The translations under genes were made by a program, and so were the position numbers. A stretch of 64,000 nt of DNA. Origin: Schmidtea polychroa. Lineage: Eukaryota. The notes under the pieces were generated by a model. That model searched no databases, had not been told where the DNA came from, and was given only the letters and a program-made list of their open reading frames with translations. The DNA is taken from assembly GCA_044892525.1 (NCBI GenBank), contig CM097885.1, positions 237,648,001 through 237,712,000 of the forward strand, in the 5' to 3' direction. The stretch's first letter is position 1, and the number at the start of each line of letters is the position of its first letter. Positions 1 through 10,200 of this stretch are shown piece after piece.

Positions 1-516
1 CGTTGCTATCAACTGTCTCTTTAATTCTGGTATTTCTTGTAATTGCTTCTCTTTACTTTTCCATTTTCTCTGCTTGATGGTTATTGCCGTCTGCAATGCT
101 TGCATGCTTCGTCGTTTTTGATTTAAGATTCTCCGGTAATTTTCTTTCAACTTCCATTGTTTTTCTGTTTCCTCTCTTTGTTCCTTGATCTCTTCCTTGA
201 GTTTTACATTTCTCTTCTCGACTTTTTTACTTTCTCGCACTCTTGTTTTTGCATAAGCATATTGTGCTTCTAACTGCTCGATATAGACTTGGTCGATATT
301 CACAATCTTTTTCAACTTCCTTGTTTCTGATTTCCAATAATCTTCGATTACTGCCTGAGCTCTCAACTCTACTATCTCTTGTCTCAGGTTTTTATTTTCT
401 GTCTCTTTTCGTTTCGATTCCTTTATTTCCCTCAAAATTTCTTGCTTGACAGTGTTTATTAATCGTCTTGATTGAACAATATGCTGCCTCAATCTCTTTC
501 TTTTAAATAATTCATA
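1..516 (-). CDS. Coiled-coil accessory ORF, runs off the window (partial)
   Basis: Manually translated open frame of 172 codons (YELFKRKRLRQHIVQSRRLINTVKQEILREIKESKRKETENKNLRQEIVELRAQ...). The ATG at 513-515 is out of frame, but one extra A in the A4 run just downstream would restore it. Acceptor-like TTTGTAG with AG at 518-519. Confidence 0.7.
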
Positions 517-606
517 TCTACAAAAATATACATATCATATTTCCTTTTGTCTTCTTTTTATTCTGAATTTTTTGGTTTTGTAATTTTTATTTGGTTTTGG
601 TTTTAT

Positions 607-647
<41 letters not shown>

Positions 648-679
648 CATTCTTATTTACAGGCAACATCTCCCTTCGA

Positions 680-2278
680 CTAAATCCATGTTGCGTTATT
701 TTGTTCGTTATTTTCATCGAAGCCTTCATCTGTGGTGACTTCGGCAGGCTGTGGCACTTGCAACGGGAACGGGTAGAGTGGCATTAATAATATTGGTGGT
801 TGTCTCCTTAACCGATCTATTTCCTCTCGTAGTTCCGTTGAGATGTTTATTTCCTCATCCAATAAAAACGTTAATCTACCTTCGTTTTCTATCATTTCGT
901 TTAATTCCTCTTCCAATCGTTGGGTTCTTTCGAGCGTTTTTAGTTTCTCAATTTCCGCTCTCAAATTTGCTTCATTTTCTTCGAAGCATCGTTTTATTAT
1001 CTCGGTTTCCTGTTTGGTTTGTTGAATTGTCTTGTCGCACTCCTCTCTATATTTCGCATTAAGCTCAATCTGGTGCTTCCAATTCACATCCCTTTGGGTG
1101 TACATACCTTTATATCCGTTCATCTCTTGATTGGCTTCTTCCACTTCGGTTTGTAATTGTCGGATCTGTCGATCTTGGTCTGTCAATTGTTGTTCCCATC
1201 TCTTTTCCTGGAATTCATACCTTCTTATTTCTCGAGTCTGTTTCTTTATGATTCTCTGTCTACCGTCGCTGATCCGCGTCTTGATTCTATGTTCTCTACT
1301 CAATCGGCTGATCTCATCTTTTTGGTTTTCTATCGTTTCCCATATTTTAAATTCGTCTCTTTCCATCAGTTTTATTGGTAACTGTCTTAACTCCTCTTTG
1401 GTCTCTTTCCAATTCTTTTTCCATTTTCGGGCTTGATGCTTGAGACACTTTTCGGTTTCCTCAGTTTTCTGCTGTCGTTTTCTCCACTCTACTTCCTCTT
1501 CTTCTCGCTGTGCAGCTCTTGTTTCGTAAAATTCTTGGTCTGCTTTTCGTAATCGCAGTTGTTCCTTGCTACTGATTTTCCAATAGAGCACTTGAGTTTG
1601 ACTTCCTAGGTATTTATACTTCCATTTCTGGGCTTGTATCTTTATTTGTGTGTTAATTCGCTCTAATACGTTATCTCTAACAATTGGTTCTCTATGCGGT
1701 GTTCTCCTCCCTTGCCCTCTGACTTCGTTTAGGGTCTTTTTGCATCTTTCCCATTTTTCTTTCATCATTGCGCATTTGCCCTTTACTTCTTCTAGTTCGG
1801 CCTTGTAATTCCGTATTTGATGTTCGTGACTATCATTCTGCCTTGTCTGGAGGGTTTCGTACTTTAGTTTCCATTGTTGCGCTTGTAGTTTTATTCGTTC
1901 CGTTTTACGCTGTTCCTCCTCGTATTGCTCCTTTGCTTCCCTAATTTGTGCCTTCTGCATTATTATCTCTCCGCATAACCCAACTATCTCCATAATCCGC
2001 TGAGTTCGTAAATTCGAGAGCTCTTCCTCCAATTCTTGGTATGTTGAGGTATTTCTCACATCCTCGGTTAATTCCTCTACCTGTTTCATCCACTCCTCCT
2101 TTGTTGCTAGTGCTTCCGCCTTCTCCGCTTCTAATTCTTGTTGCTTTTTCTCATACATGGTTTTGTACATTTCTATTTCTCTCTTTACTCTTTCTGCTTC
2201 GTATGTTTGTATGATGGATTTGTACTGTTCGAGTTGTTGCATCTCGGTTTCCACATAGGTTTGTGATTCTTTATTCAT
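680..2278 (-). CDS. 532 aa long coiled-coil (E/K/Q/R-rich) accessory protein
   Basis: Long open frame with heptad-like composition and repeated K-x-QAQ-x-WK motifs; no catalytic motif seen. Confidence 0.85.
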   Translation of the reverse strand: MNKESQTYVETEMQQLEQYKSIIQTYEAERVKREIEMYKTMYEKKQQELEAEKAEALATKEEWMKQVEELTEDVRNTSTYQELEEELSNLRTQRIMEIVGLCGEIIMQKAQIREAKEQYEEEQRKTERIKLQAQQWKLKYETLQTRQNDSHEHQIRNYKAELEEVKGKCAMMKEKWERCKKTLNEVRGQGRRTPHREPIVRDNVLERINTQIKIQAQKWKYKYLGSQTQVLYWKISSKEQLRLRKADQEFYETRAAQREEEEVEWRKRQQKTEETEKCLKHQARKWKKNWKETKEELRQLPIKLMERDEFKIWETIENQKDEISRLSREHRIKTRISDGRQRIIKKQTREIRRYEFQEKRWEQQLTDQDRQIRQLQTEVEEANQEMNGYKGMYTQRDVNWKHQIELNAKYREECDKTIQQTKQETEIIKRCFEENEANLRAEIEKLKTLERTQRLEEELNEMIENEGRLTFLLDEEINISTELREEIDRLRRQPPILLMPLYPFPLQVPQPAEVTTDEGFDENNEQNNATWI

Positions 2279-2360
2279 TGTCTAAATAATTACACTATTA
2301 CTACCACTATTATTTCATACATTTATTATCTACACTTTATACACGGAATTTTAATTTTTG

Positions 2361-3539
2361 TTATTGATCGGCGTAGCGGAATCCTTTGATTCGCTGCGCA
2401 ATCCTCTGTCTGCACATCGGACATTCCTTTACTTTTCTACTACATGTGGCACATGCGATCAAATGTCCGCATGGCATATGAATAACTTCTACACTCCTCT
2501 CCCAACACATAGTACATTTGATATCTCGTAAGATAGCTGTTTTGACCATTGATTCTTCTTTTATTTTTGTTTCAGGTTTTTCTCTATACTGGGTTATCGC
2601 TCTGATCATATCGTACGTTGTTGTTGGTATATGTACATTTTTCTGTAGTTTCTCTCTAATCATGTTCTTTGCCCTTGTCGTGCCTATTCCGGCTGCTTTC
2701 AACGCTCTGCACATGTTGGGTTTGTCTACCACTTCGTCAACCTCTTCCTCTGTTACTAGTACTTCCGGATATTCGGTTTCTTGTTCGTTGTGATATAGGC
2801 ACCATGCTTGATGTCTAATTTCTGGTATGCCTTCTTCCGGTAATCTCTGTTGGCTTTCGCATCTTTCACACTTTAGTATTTGATTTTCTGTTAGGTAGAA
2901 CCCTCTTATTGCTAATTCAGGTCCTCTCGTATCATCTCCGAACGTTTTCATTCTATTATCTGCTATTTGCGTGAGGAATTCCCCTTCACAAGTTGGAACA
3001 TACTCATCAACGATTCTGGTTATCGCGATGCTCATTTTCCCTCCTTTTTCGTCTTCAGTTTTCAATTTCTCCAAGGCTTCGTATTTGATTTCCGGTTTGT
3101 TGTGTACATCAAATCCCAGTACGAATAGACAAGTTGGGAATCGTCTACGATGTTCCTCCTTTGGGTGTTCTCCTTTTTTCCATTCTGCTAATTTCCCTTT
3201 ACAGAAACGACATGTTACTTGATCGGGTATCTCTGGTTTTCCGGAGAAGAAAAATCCGTCGCGTGCTAGCGCTCGGCTCTGTTCCTTGGTGAAAATGGTC
3301 TGATGTTCAAATGACAGATATCTCTGGTTCTCACATCTGAATTGTTCATTATCTCCCAGTTTCAAATTTTCGTGTACCCAATTATAATCGTTTCCCATTC
3401 TCCGATAATATGCGTAACTACTTGGTTTTGTTTTGCTGACTTCCGCATCCTTCACTCTTTCTCTAGGTGACATATTGTCCTCTTCCTCTCTCATTGTGAT
3501 CGTTTTCTTTCGGATATTCGGTCTCTCTTGATTAATCAT
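2361..3539 (-). CDS. Inhibitor-of-apoptosis (IAP)-like protein: BIR, degenerate BIR, C-terminal RING
   Basis: BIR: RYLSF...LARDGFFF...CRFC-x16-H-x6-C. Second BIR-like: RMKTF...LAIRGFY...CERC...H...C. IAP-type RING: CTMC...MPCGHLIACATC...CPMCR. Confidence 0.93.
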   Translation of the reverse strand: MINQERPNIRKKTITMREEEDNMSPRERVKDAEVSKTKPSSYAYYRRMGNDYNWVHENLKLGDNEQFRCENQRYLSFEHQTIFTKEQSRALARDGFFFSGKPEIPDQVTCRFCKGKLAEWKKGEHPKEEHRRRFPTCLFVLGFDVHNKPEIKYEALEKLKTEDEKGGKMSIAITRIVDEYVPTCEGEFLTQIADNRMKTFGDDTRGPELAIRGFYLTENQILKCERCESQQRLPEEGIPEIRHQAWCLYHNEQETEYPEVLVTEEEVDEVVDKPNMCRALKAAGIGTTRAKNMIREKLQKNVHIPTTTYDMIRAITQYREKPETKIKEESMVKTAILRDIKCTMCWERSVEVIHMPCGHLIACATCSRKVKECPMCRQRIAQRIKGFRYADQ

Positions 3540-3679
3540 CTATAATAAATTTCATCATTTCTTTTTACATTTTCTTTTTCTAATTTTTATGGTTTTGGCA
3601 AGTTACTTTACTGTATACAATAACTTTATATTTACTTTACGTCGTTTTTACAAAATATTTACAGTTCCCTTCTATCCGT

Positions 3680-5104
3680 CTATCGTATTTCTATTGTTGG
3701 TCCTTCCTCATCTAGTTCGATTAGGAAGAATATAGTGTCCTTTTCTATGTAGGACCCTTCATTAAATTGGTATAGCTGCATAAACTCTGCTACTCCTACC
3801 GCAGGATTAACCTCTGTAATCGGTTTATTCCCTGCTGGACTGGATGCTCGAAAACACATTATATGTGTCTTTTTTGCTCCTAAGAGAGATATTTTTAATC
3901 TATGTCGGAATGGCCATGCTATTAGGTCGTCAAAATCTCCTTTACAAATTTGCATATATATGGACATGCACCGATCTTTAAACTTTCCTTCACCATTTGG
4001 AAACCATCTCAATTTCATCTTGTATCCATGTTTCTTGACGTAGAATGGTTTGCTCACTATCGTTGTCTGGATTCCTTGCTTTGCTTGCTCCATTATTTCC
4101 GTTATTCCTTGGATTTTCCACATGTATGGTAGTATTGGTAGTTCCTCTGTTGTCAGTTCCTTTGTAGTCCATTTGGTTTGTAATTTAGTTACTTCGACTA
4201 ATTTGTCGTCTAATTTCAACATCCTTTGTGTTACGGCTTCTCTCGTATTTTCGAAGCTTTCCTGTGAGCTCAGCATTTCTTTTATCATGATTTTATGTGA
4301 TTTGAGTTCGTCTTTGACGTCTTCAATTGCTCTTGCTGTTAACTCTATTGCTCTCATCATCTTTTGCATGTGCTCGAATGTATTCTCCTCCACATGCTTC
4401 CTCATTTCTTCTGCTGGTAATTGTGCTCTACAGTCGAATGTCACCATTGGGCATTTTATTGCTTTTCTCGTGCATATCTCCCAATGTTCATTTAATCTGA
4501 CGTTGTTAATTTCTCCACACTCGTTTGGGCATTTCCCTGTATATTCGTCGCAAATCCGTCTTTCTACTGCGTTTCGATGTTCCATTTCGATTTCTCTCCA
4601 ATTAGCAGTTTCTCCGCAAAATTCGCATTTTTCCGTTCGCGCTTTGCATTCCCCTTTATGTTTGGTTTTCTCTTTTCGTAAAAACTTTACCGTGCATGCT
4701 TCGCATTCCGATTCTAGATATTCGCATACGTCTGTATGGGCTCTTAACTCCTTTACTCGGCCTGTCCATTCGCATGACCTTTGGGTGCATCTTATTTTCA
4801 CTTCTCTGATTTCTCGGTTCATTGCTCTATCCGGTATCGTACCAGTGGGAACCAACTTAAATGCTTCTCCACATCCTGGACAAGTTTCTCGTTTTAGTCT
4901 GGCTAATCTTATATCACACCCTCGGCACAATCTACACCCGCATCGAGTTTGACTTGCTCCAATTAATAATCTTCTACATGCTGTATCGGCACATAATAAT
5001 CTCTCTTCGAACTCGTCCGGCTCGGCTTGGTATTTTCTCATCAACTCATAGTTAATCTTTTGTTCCTCTGCTTCTCTCCGGTTTTCCTCTGCTTTGTTTT
5101 GCAT
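3680..5104 (-). CDS. TRAF-family protein (RING, TRAF zinc fingers, coiled coil, MATH)
   Basis: N-terminal RING-like Cys cluster (CGC in place of CGH); PDRAMNREI...C...CEWTG...H...C zinc fingers; MATH motif YMWKI...SKPFY...GYKMKLRWFPNGEG...WPF. Confidence 0.93.
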   Translation of the reverse strand: MQNKAEENRREAEEQKINYELMRKYQAEPDEFEERLLCADTACRRLLIGASQTRCGCRLCRGCDIRLARLKRETCPGCGEAFKLVPTGTIPDRAMNREIREVKIRCTQRSCEWTGRVKELRAHTDVCEYLESECEACTVKFLRKEKTKHKGECKARTEKCEFCGETANWREIEMEHRNAVERRICDEYTGKCPNECGEINNVRLNEHWEICTRKAIKCPMVTFDCRAQLPAEEMRKHVEENTFEHMQKMMRAIELTARAIEDVKDELKSHKIMIKEMLSSQESFENTREAVTQRMLKLDDKLVEVTKLQTKWTTKELTTEELPILPYMWKIQGITEIMEQAKQGIQTTIVSKPFYVKKHGYKMKLRWFPNGEGKFKDRCMSIYMQICKGDFDDLIAWPFRHRLKISLLGAKKTHIMCFRASSPAGNKPITEVNPAVGVAEFMQLYQFNEGSYIEKDTIFFLIELDEEGPTIEIR

Positions 5105-5193
5105 TCTACAATGATGATTTTTAATCTTGGGATTTCTACTTGATTATAACTCTATTTATTTACAGGATTATTTACATTTCACTCCTTTTTCTC

Positions 5194-5649
5194 CTACACA
5201 TCTACCGTCGAGTCCGGTTCCCCTGTTCCTGGTAACCCGGTCATCCACTCGACTAAACTGGTAATATCATCATGTTGTCGATTTTCATGCAACCTTCTAA
5301 TTTCTTCCGCTTGCCATCTGATTTGGCTTATTAACTGATTGTTATTATACTCTAGTTGCGCGATTATTTGGTGTTGTTCCTCTATTTTTGTAATATATAT
5401 TGCATTTCTATTAATACTCTCTATCAACGCCGTTTGGTTTCGTACCCAGTGCTCTTGAGTCTGATTTGTCAATTGGGTCATTAATTCACACTGTACCCTC
5501 CACATGGATCCTGTTGGCTGACTCGGCTGGTTTGGCACGTTCATTTCCATCATGTCTACTGGATGTACATTCATAAGCGGCTGTTCTCTTACTTCAACAA
5601 CATGTGGTATCCCATTTGGGTGTTCTTGCTCTTCGTTTCTCTGGTTCAT
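5194..5649 (-). CDS. 151 aa accessory protein with short coiled coil, function unknown
   Basis: ATG-led ORF co-oriented between the polyprotein and TRAF genes; Q/N-rich heptads. Confidence 0.7.
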   Translation of the reverse strand: MNQRNEEQEHPNGIPHVVEVREQPLMNVHPVDMMEMNVPNQPSQPTGSMWRVQCELMTQLTNQTQEHWVRNQTALIESINRNAIYITKIEEQHQIIAQLEYNNNQLISQIRWQAEEIRRLHENRQHDDITSLVEWMTGLPGTGEPDSTVDV

Positions 5650-5797
5650 TCCTATTTATAATACATGGTCATCATACTTGTTTTTGATTTTTCTACATAT
5701 TGTTTTAATTTACTACTTTTATTTTGTACATACTACTACTATTATCACTACTTTTATCATTTCATTTATACATTATTTACAACAACTCCTCCTCTCG

Positions 5798-7290
5798 TTA
5801 TACCAGTGTCGCCATGGGGCCGGAATGCAGCGTGCGCATTCCCCCATATCTTTCGTCCGTTATTCGGTATATATCGACTTCGTGTGTCCATTCGTTCGGT
5901 GTGGGTATTCTTGGTAGTTCCGACATCCACAATCCGCTGGATCCGGGATCCTCTACCACCTCGTATTCTTCTAGATTCAGATTCTCTGTTGGAATACCGT
6001 ATTCAAATTTTTCCACTTTGGGCCATTTTCTTTGGTTTCTCGGTTTTTGTTTACATCTTTTGGTGGTTCTTATCCACTGAATCATTGCTAACGCTATTAT
6101 CGTGCTTACTATCGCGCTAGTTATCCATATCATCTTTGTGATGATCGTTGTTCCATTATTTGTTTTTTCTGTCGTTAATATTGTACTACCTGTGGTATTT
6201 GTTTCTGGTGCTTTGATTTTCTTGAATGCTTGATGTAATCGTTCCTTCTCTTTTTCTGTTAGGTGACTGTGATTTTCCCGTTTCTCTCCCCCTTCTTGAT
6301 CTCGGGGTATCCACGGTATGTTTATTAATTGGGGTTTTTGTCGAGTTATTGGTTGACATACGCTGGTTCCTCTTCCTTTCTTAAGGATACATACTTGGTA
6401 TCGTTCTTTCCGTTTCCCTGTCTCCATTTTAACGTCTGTACCTTTGTCTATCGGTGTTGTTGTACAGTCGATTATTCCCGTCTTATCCATTACACATATC
6501 CTTATGATTGGTTCTCCTTCCTGGTTTTTGACTGTAATTACCTCTTCACCTTTCTTGTTGAGGTTAATAGTTATCTGCACTTCCCGTCTTTCGTCTTTAA
6601 TTACTTCGTTAATCCATGTTGTTGTTGTTATTAATTCGGTTTGATTTTGCTCTGTTGTTGTTTTTGTACTAACTGATTTGTTTGGCTTCTTGGTTGTTAT
6701 CCCCCTCAATGGATCTTGTTTCATTGCCATACTCTTTGGCTTGTCTTTTCTTGGTGCAGTTCTTGTTCCTTTACATACTACTATCCCTTGTGTTCCTGCG
6801 CATACCACAGTAGGGGTATTTGGTTTGACCTCTCCCCAGAAGAATTTGTGGTCTTGTGTCATATCAGTTATTATGCATATGTCTCTGTCTTCTCTGATGC
6901 ATACATGTGTAATTGATCGACTCCCTTTATCTTCTATTTCGATACCTTCTTCCAAAATGTTGAGTTGAAAATGTACTCCGGTTTCGTTGGCTCTTTCTAG
7001 CTCCATTTCCTCTGTTGATATGTCTCTACAGATGTCATAATCTCCACATAGCCTGGGATCTCTTTTTTGGCTGCTAAAAATCTTTCCTTTTGTTATCGAT
7101 CTGAAATCACAACTTACTCCTGTTCCTTCCATTAGTTGCACGCATATTCCGACGGCATTTCCGTCGTAATCACTGACTTTTATCATAAATACTTCACCTT
7201 CTTGGGAAGCTTCTCTTACGATTCTCATATTTTTTGTTTCTGTTAAACAGATGGATGTTAATATTATAAATATTCTTTGTAGTAGGATTG
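5798..7290 (-). other. Polyprotein C-terminal type-I membrane protein-like region
   Basis: Hydrophobic IFIILTSICLTET; paired-Cys repeats (ICVQLMEGTGVSC, ICVMDKTGIIDC, VCILKKGRGTSVC); Thr-rich stalk; TM MIWITSAIVSTIIALAMIQWI followed by basic RTTKRCKQKPR. Confidence 0.6.
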
Positions 7291-10200
7291 GCTGGATTTG
7301 ATTTCGACACACTATGCTATGTAGTGGGGACTTTCGTTTTTTGTTCTCCGTTTTGTCGAATCCTTGATCTTCACCTCGACATTGGTCTTCTTCGTCTTCT
7401 TCCAATTCCTCATCATCACTCGTTGTTTCTCCGCCTTCCGGATTCTGTTCTCTGTCGTTTTCCTCTGGGTTGTTATCGTTATCCCCCATCCTTTCGTCGT
7501 CGTCGTCGTCGTCATTCCTCTCACCCGGGGTTTTCCTGAAAATGTCGTCCTCGACATTTGCTGCTTTGATCATCTCCTCGTATTTTTTAATTATCTCTTT
7601 TTTGTCGTTGTGGATACTTTCTCGTTCTTCTTTGGTTCCTTGATATTTCCGTTGTTTCCGGTGCCATTCCCACACTAGTATTTCTAGTTGCTTTTTCATC
7701 GCATGTGTTTTTGTGCATTCCCACCAATTACCTGTCAATTCTGTTCTATTTCTCTGTAATATTGCTTTAATGGTTTTTGGCATTGGTGGTCTTGAGTATA
7801 TGGCGCTTCTTAGTACGATATTTTCGTTGTTTTGGAATTGATTTATATCAATTACTTCCGCTCTTAATTCGTTTTGTTTCCATTTGATTAATATTGCTGC
7901 GGTTCTGTCTAAGTTTCCTCTGATGGCTTCCAGAATTGGTTCAATGCTCTGTCCCAACACCTCGGCTTCTTCGGTTGTTGCATTTCCTGTGATAAAGTTC
8001 ACTATACTAGGTCTTTTTGACCTGACGGCATAACGTAATACGGTTCGTTGTTTGTTGTCTTTTTCTTTCAGCGTGGATCCCGTTCTTAATAATTCTCTGA
8101 GTACATCTCTTGACGCGCCTATTGCTATGGCTTTCATCAGTGGAGTTTTTCCTTTACTGTTTTTGACGTTTGTTGATTGTTTGCAGTTTTCCATTATTCG
8201 TATAATCTCTAAAGCTCGTTTTTCTTGTCCTGCTTTCACTGCATGATGGATTGGCCAGTTATTACTCAAATCACTTGTTAGGAACATGATTGGTAATCTC
8301 CGGATTAGTTCATATATTTGAGTCGGTATTTGTAATCCTTCGGCATATCTTCGTCCTTTCGCATATCTTTCTGCTACTAACATTAGTTTGCCCAATACTT
8401 GGTATTTATTGGTTATATCGGCCCATTCTGGTACAATTTCTCGTGCTATTTTTATTGTCATATTCCATGTTGCTTGGCTCCTTGCCATTGCGTCAGCTTC
8501 GCTTTCTGCTTCAGTTCCTTTATGGGCGCTGCTGCTTGTTTCTCCTCTCAACATGAATATTCGTCTTGTCTGTGATCTAGTTAATCTACCGCTTACTTCT
8601 GGTTCCGTTGTGGCATTTGTTTGTGATCTCGTGATTATCCTTCTTGTTTCTGGGTCTTTAGTGGCAGTTTTCGCTACTGCTTTGCATCGACATGTATTCA
8701 CATAAATGGGTCTAATTAGTGGATTGTTAACCAACTTCACTCTAGCGTTGTTCTCGTTTACATAGATGATTTCATATGGCCCTCTGCCATTACGTTGTAA
8801 TTTCTTTGCTGTTCCTGGGATTAATTCGGGTGTTTCTATAATAACCCAATCTCCGATTTTAAATTGATGGTTTTGCACGTTCTTCTTTTTATCATGTAAT
8901 TCCTTATAACTCTCTTGGTTGAATCGGATGTTCATCCCTGCGGTTTTCCATATTTCTTGCATTCTCTCCTTGAACTTTGTCACATAATCATCTATCTCCA
9001 TATATTGTGAGATTGGCGGTTGGTATTCGAGATCCATCGGCATGTTGCATTCCCTTCCATACATGAGTTTAAACGGACTCATTTTCGTTGCTGAGTGTAT
9101 TGACATTCGATAAGCCATTAGACACAACTTAATATATTCATCCCAGTCCTTTTGATGTTTACTCACGTAATTGGACATCATGTCTATTAGTATGCCGTTA
9201 AATCTTTCTGTCTGACCATTCGTTTGCGGGTGGTATGGTGAGGTTCTCAATTTGGCAATTCTAAAATAATTTGTCACTTCATTTATTATCTCGCTCATGA
9301 AATTAGTTCCTTGGTCAGTTAAGATTTGTTTTGGTGTTCCATATCTGCAGCAGATCTCTTCCACTAATATCCTTGCAACCGTTCGTGCTTTCTGGTCTGG
9401 CATCGCAAATGCTTCAGGGAACTTAGTCAGATAATCAGTTATTACCAATATATACACATTTCCACTGTTAGTCTCTGGTAGTGGTCCAACTACATCCATT
9501 GCAATCATTGTCATCGGTTTTGGCGGTATCGGCATTGGTTTCAATGGTGGCTTTAGTTTACTGCCCGTTGTTTTTCTGGTTGCGCATATCAGGCAGTTCT
9601 TTATCCATTCTTTCACGTCATCGCTCATATTTGGCCAGTAATATTTCTGTTTGAGCCTTGCTTCTGTTTTCTTGGCTGACATATGTCCGCCCAATTTACC
9701 ATCGTGGTATTGAATCATAATTGCTTTCCGTCTACTTTCTGGTAGACACATCAATCGTTTGTCGCCATCCATTACCAATAGCCATCCTTTCTCGATCGTA
9801 TATCTGTGACGATTTTTCTCCATGTGTTCTTTTAGTCGATCATCGTTGTTGAATATTTTCATATCGTTTTTTTCCAGGAACTCAATTATTAGTTTTAATT
9901 CATTGTCTTCCTTTTGTTCGTTCTTTAGATTGGTAAAATCGATATCTTCCGCGATTATCAGGCATATTCGTCTGACGTCATGATCCATGAGTTCTTCAAA
10001 TACAAATCTCGACATGCAGTCTGCATTTGCGTTTGCTTTTCCTGACTTGAATTTGATGTATGGGGAATATTCTTGTAACTGCATTGCCCATCTCATCAAT
10101 CGACTAGATGCCTCTTTATGTTGGCCCAACCAAACTAGAGGTTGATGGTCCGTAGTAATAATTATCTCGTGTCCCCATAATAAATATTTGAAATGTTTTA

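Noticed and set aside
535..787. Poly-K and poly-F ORFs
   Set aside because: Translation of the T40 homopolymer
4050..4952. 300 aa plus-strand ORF and the many other plus-strand ORFs over 243-20518
   Set aside because: Antisense shadows of the A-rich minus-strand genes (S/F/L/I-rich, no motifs)
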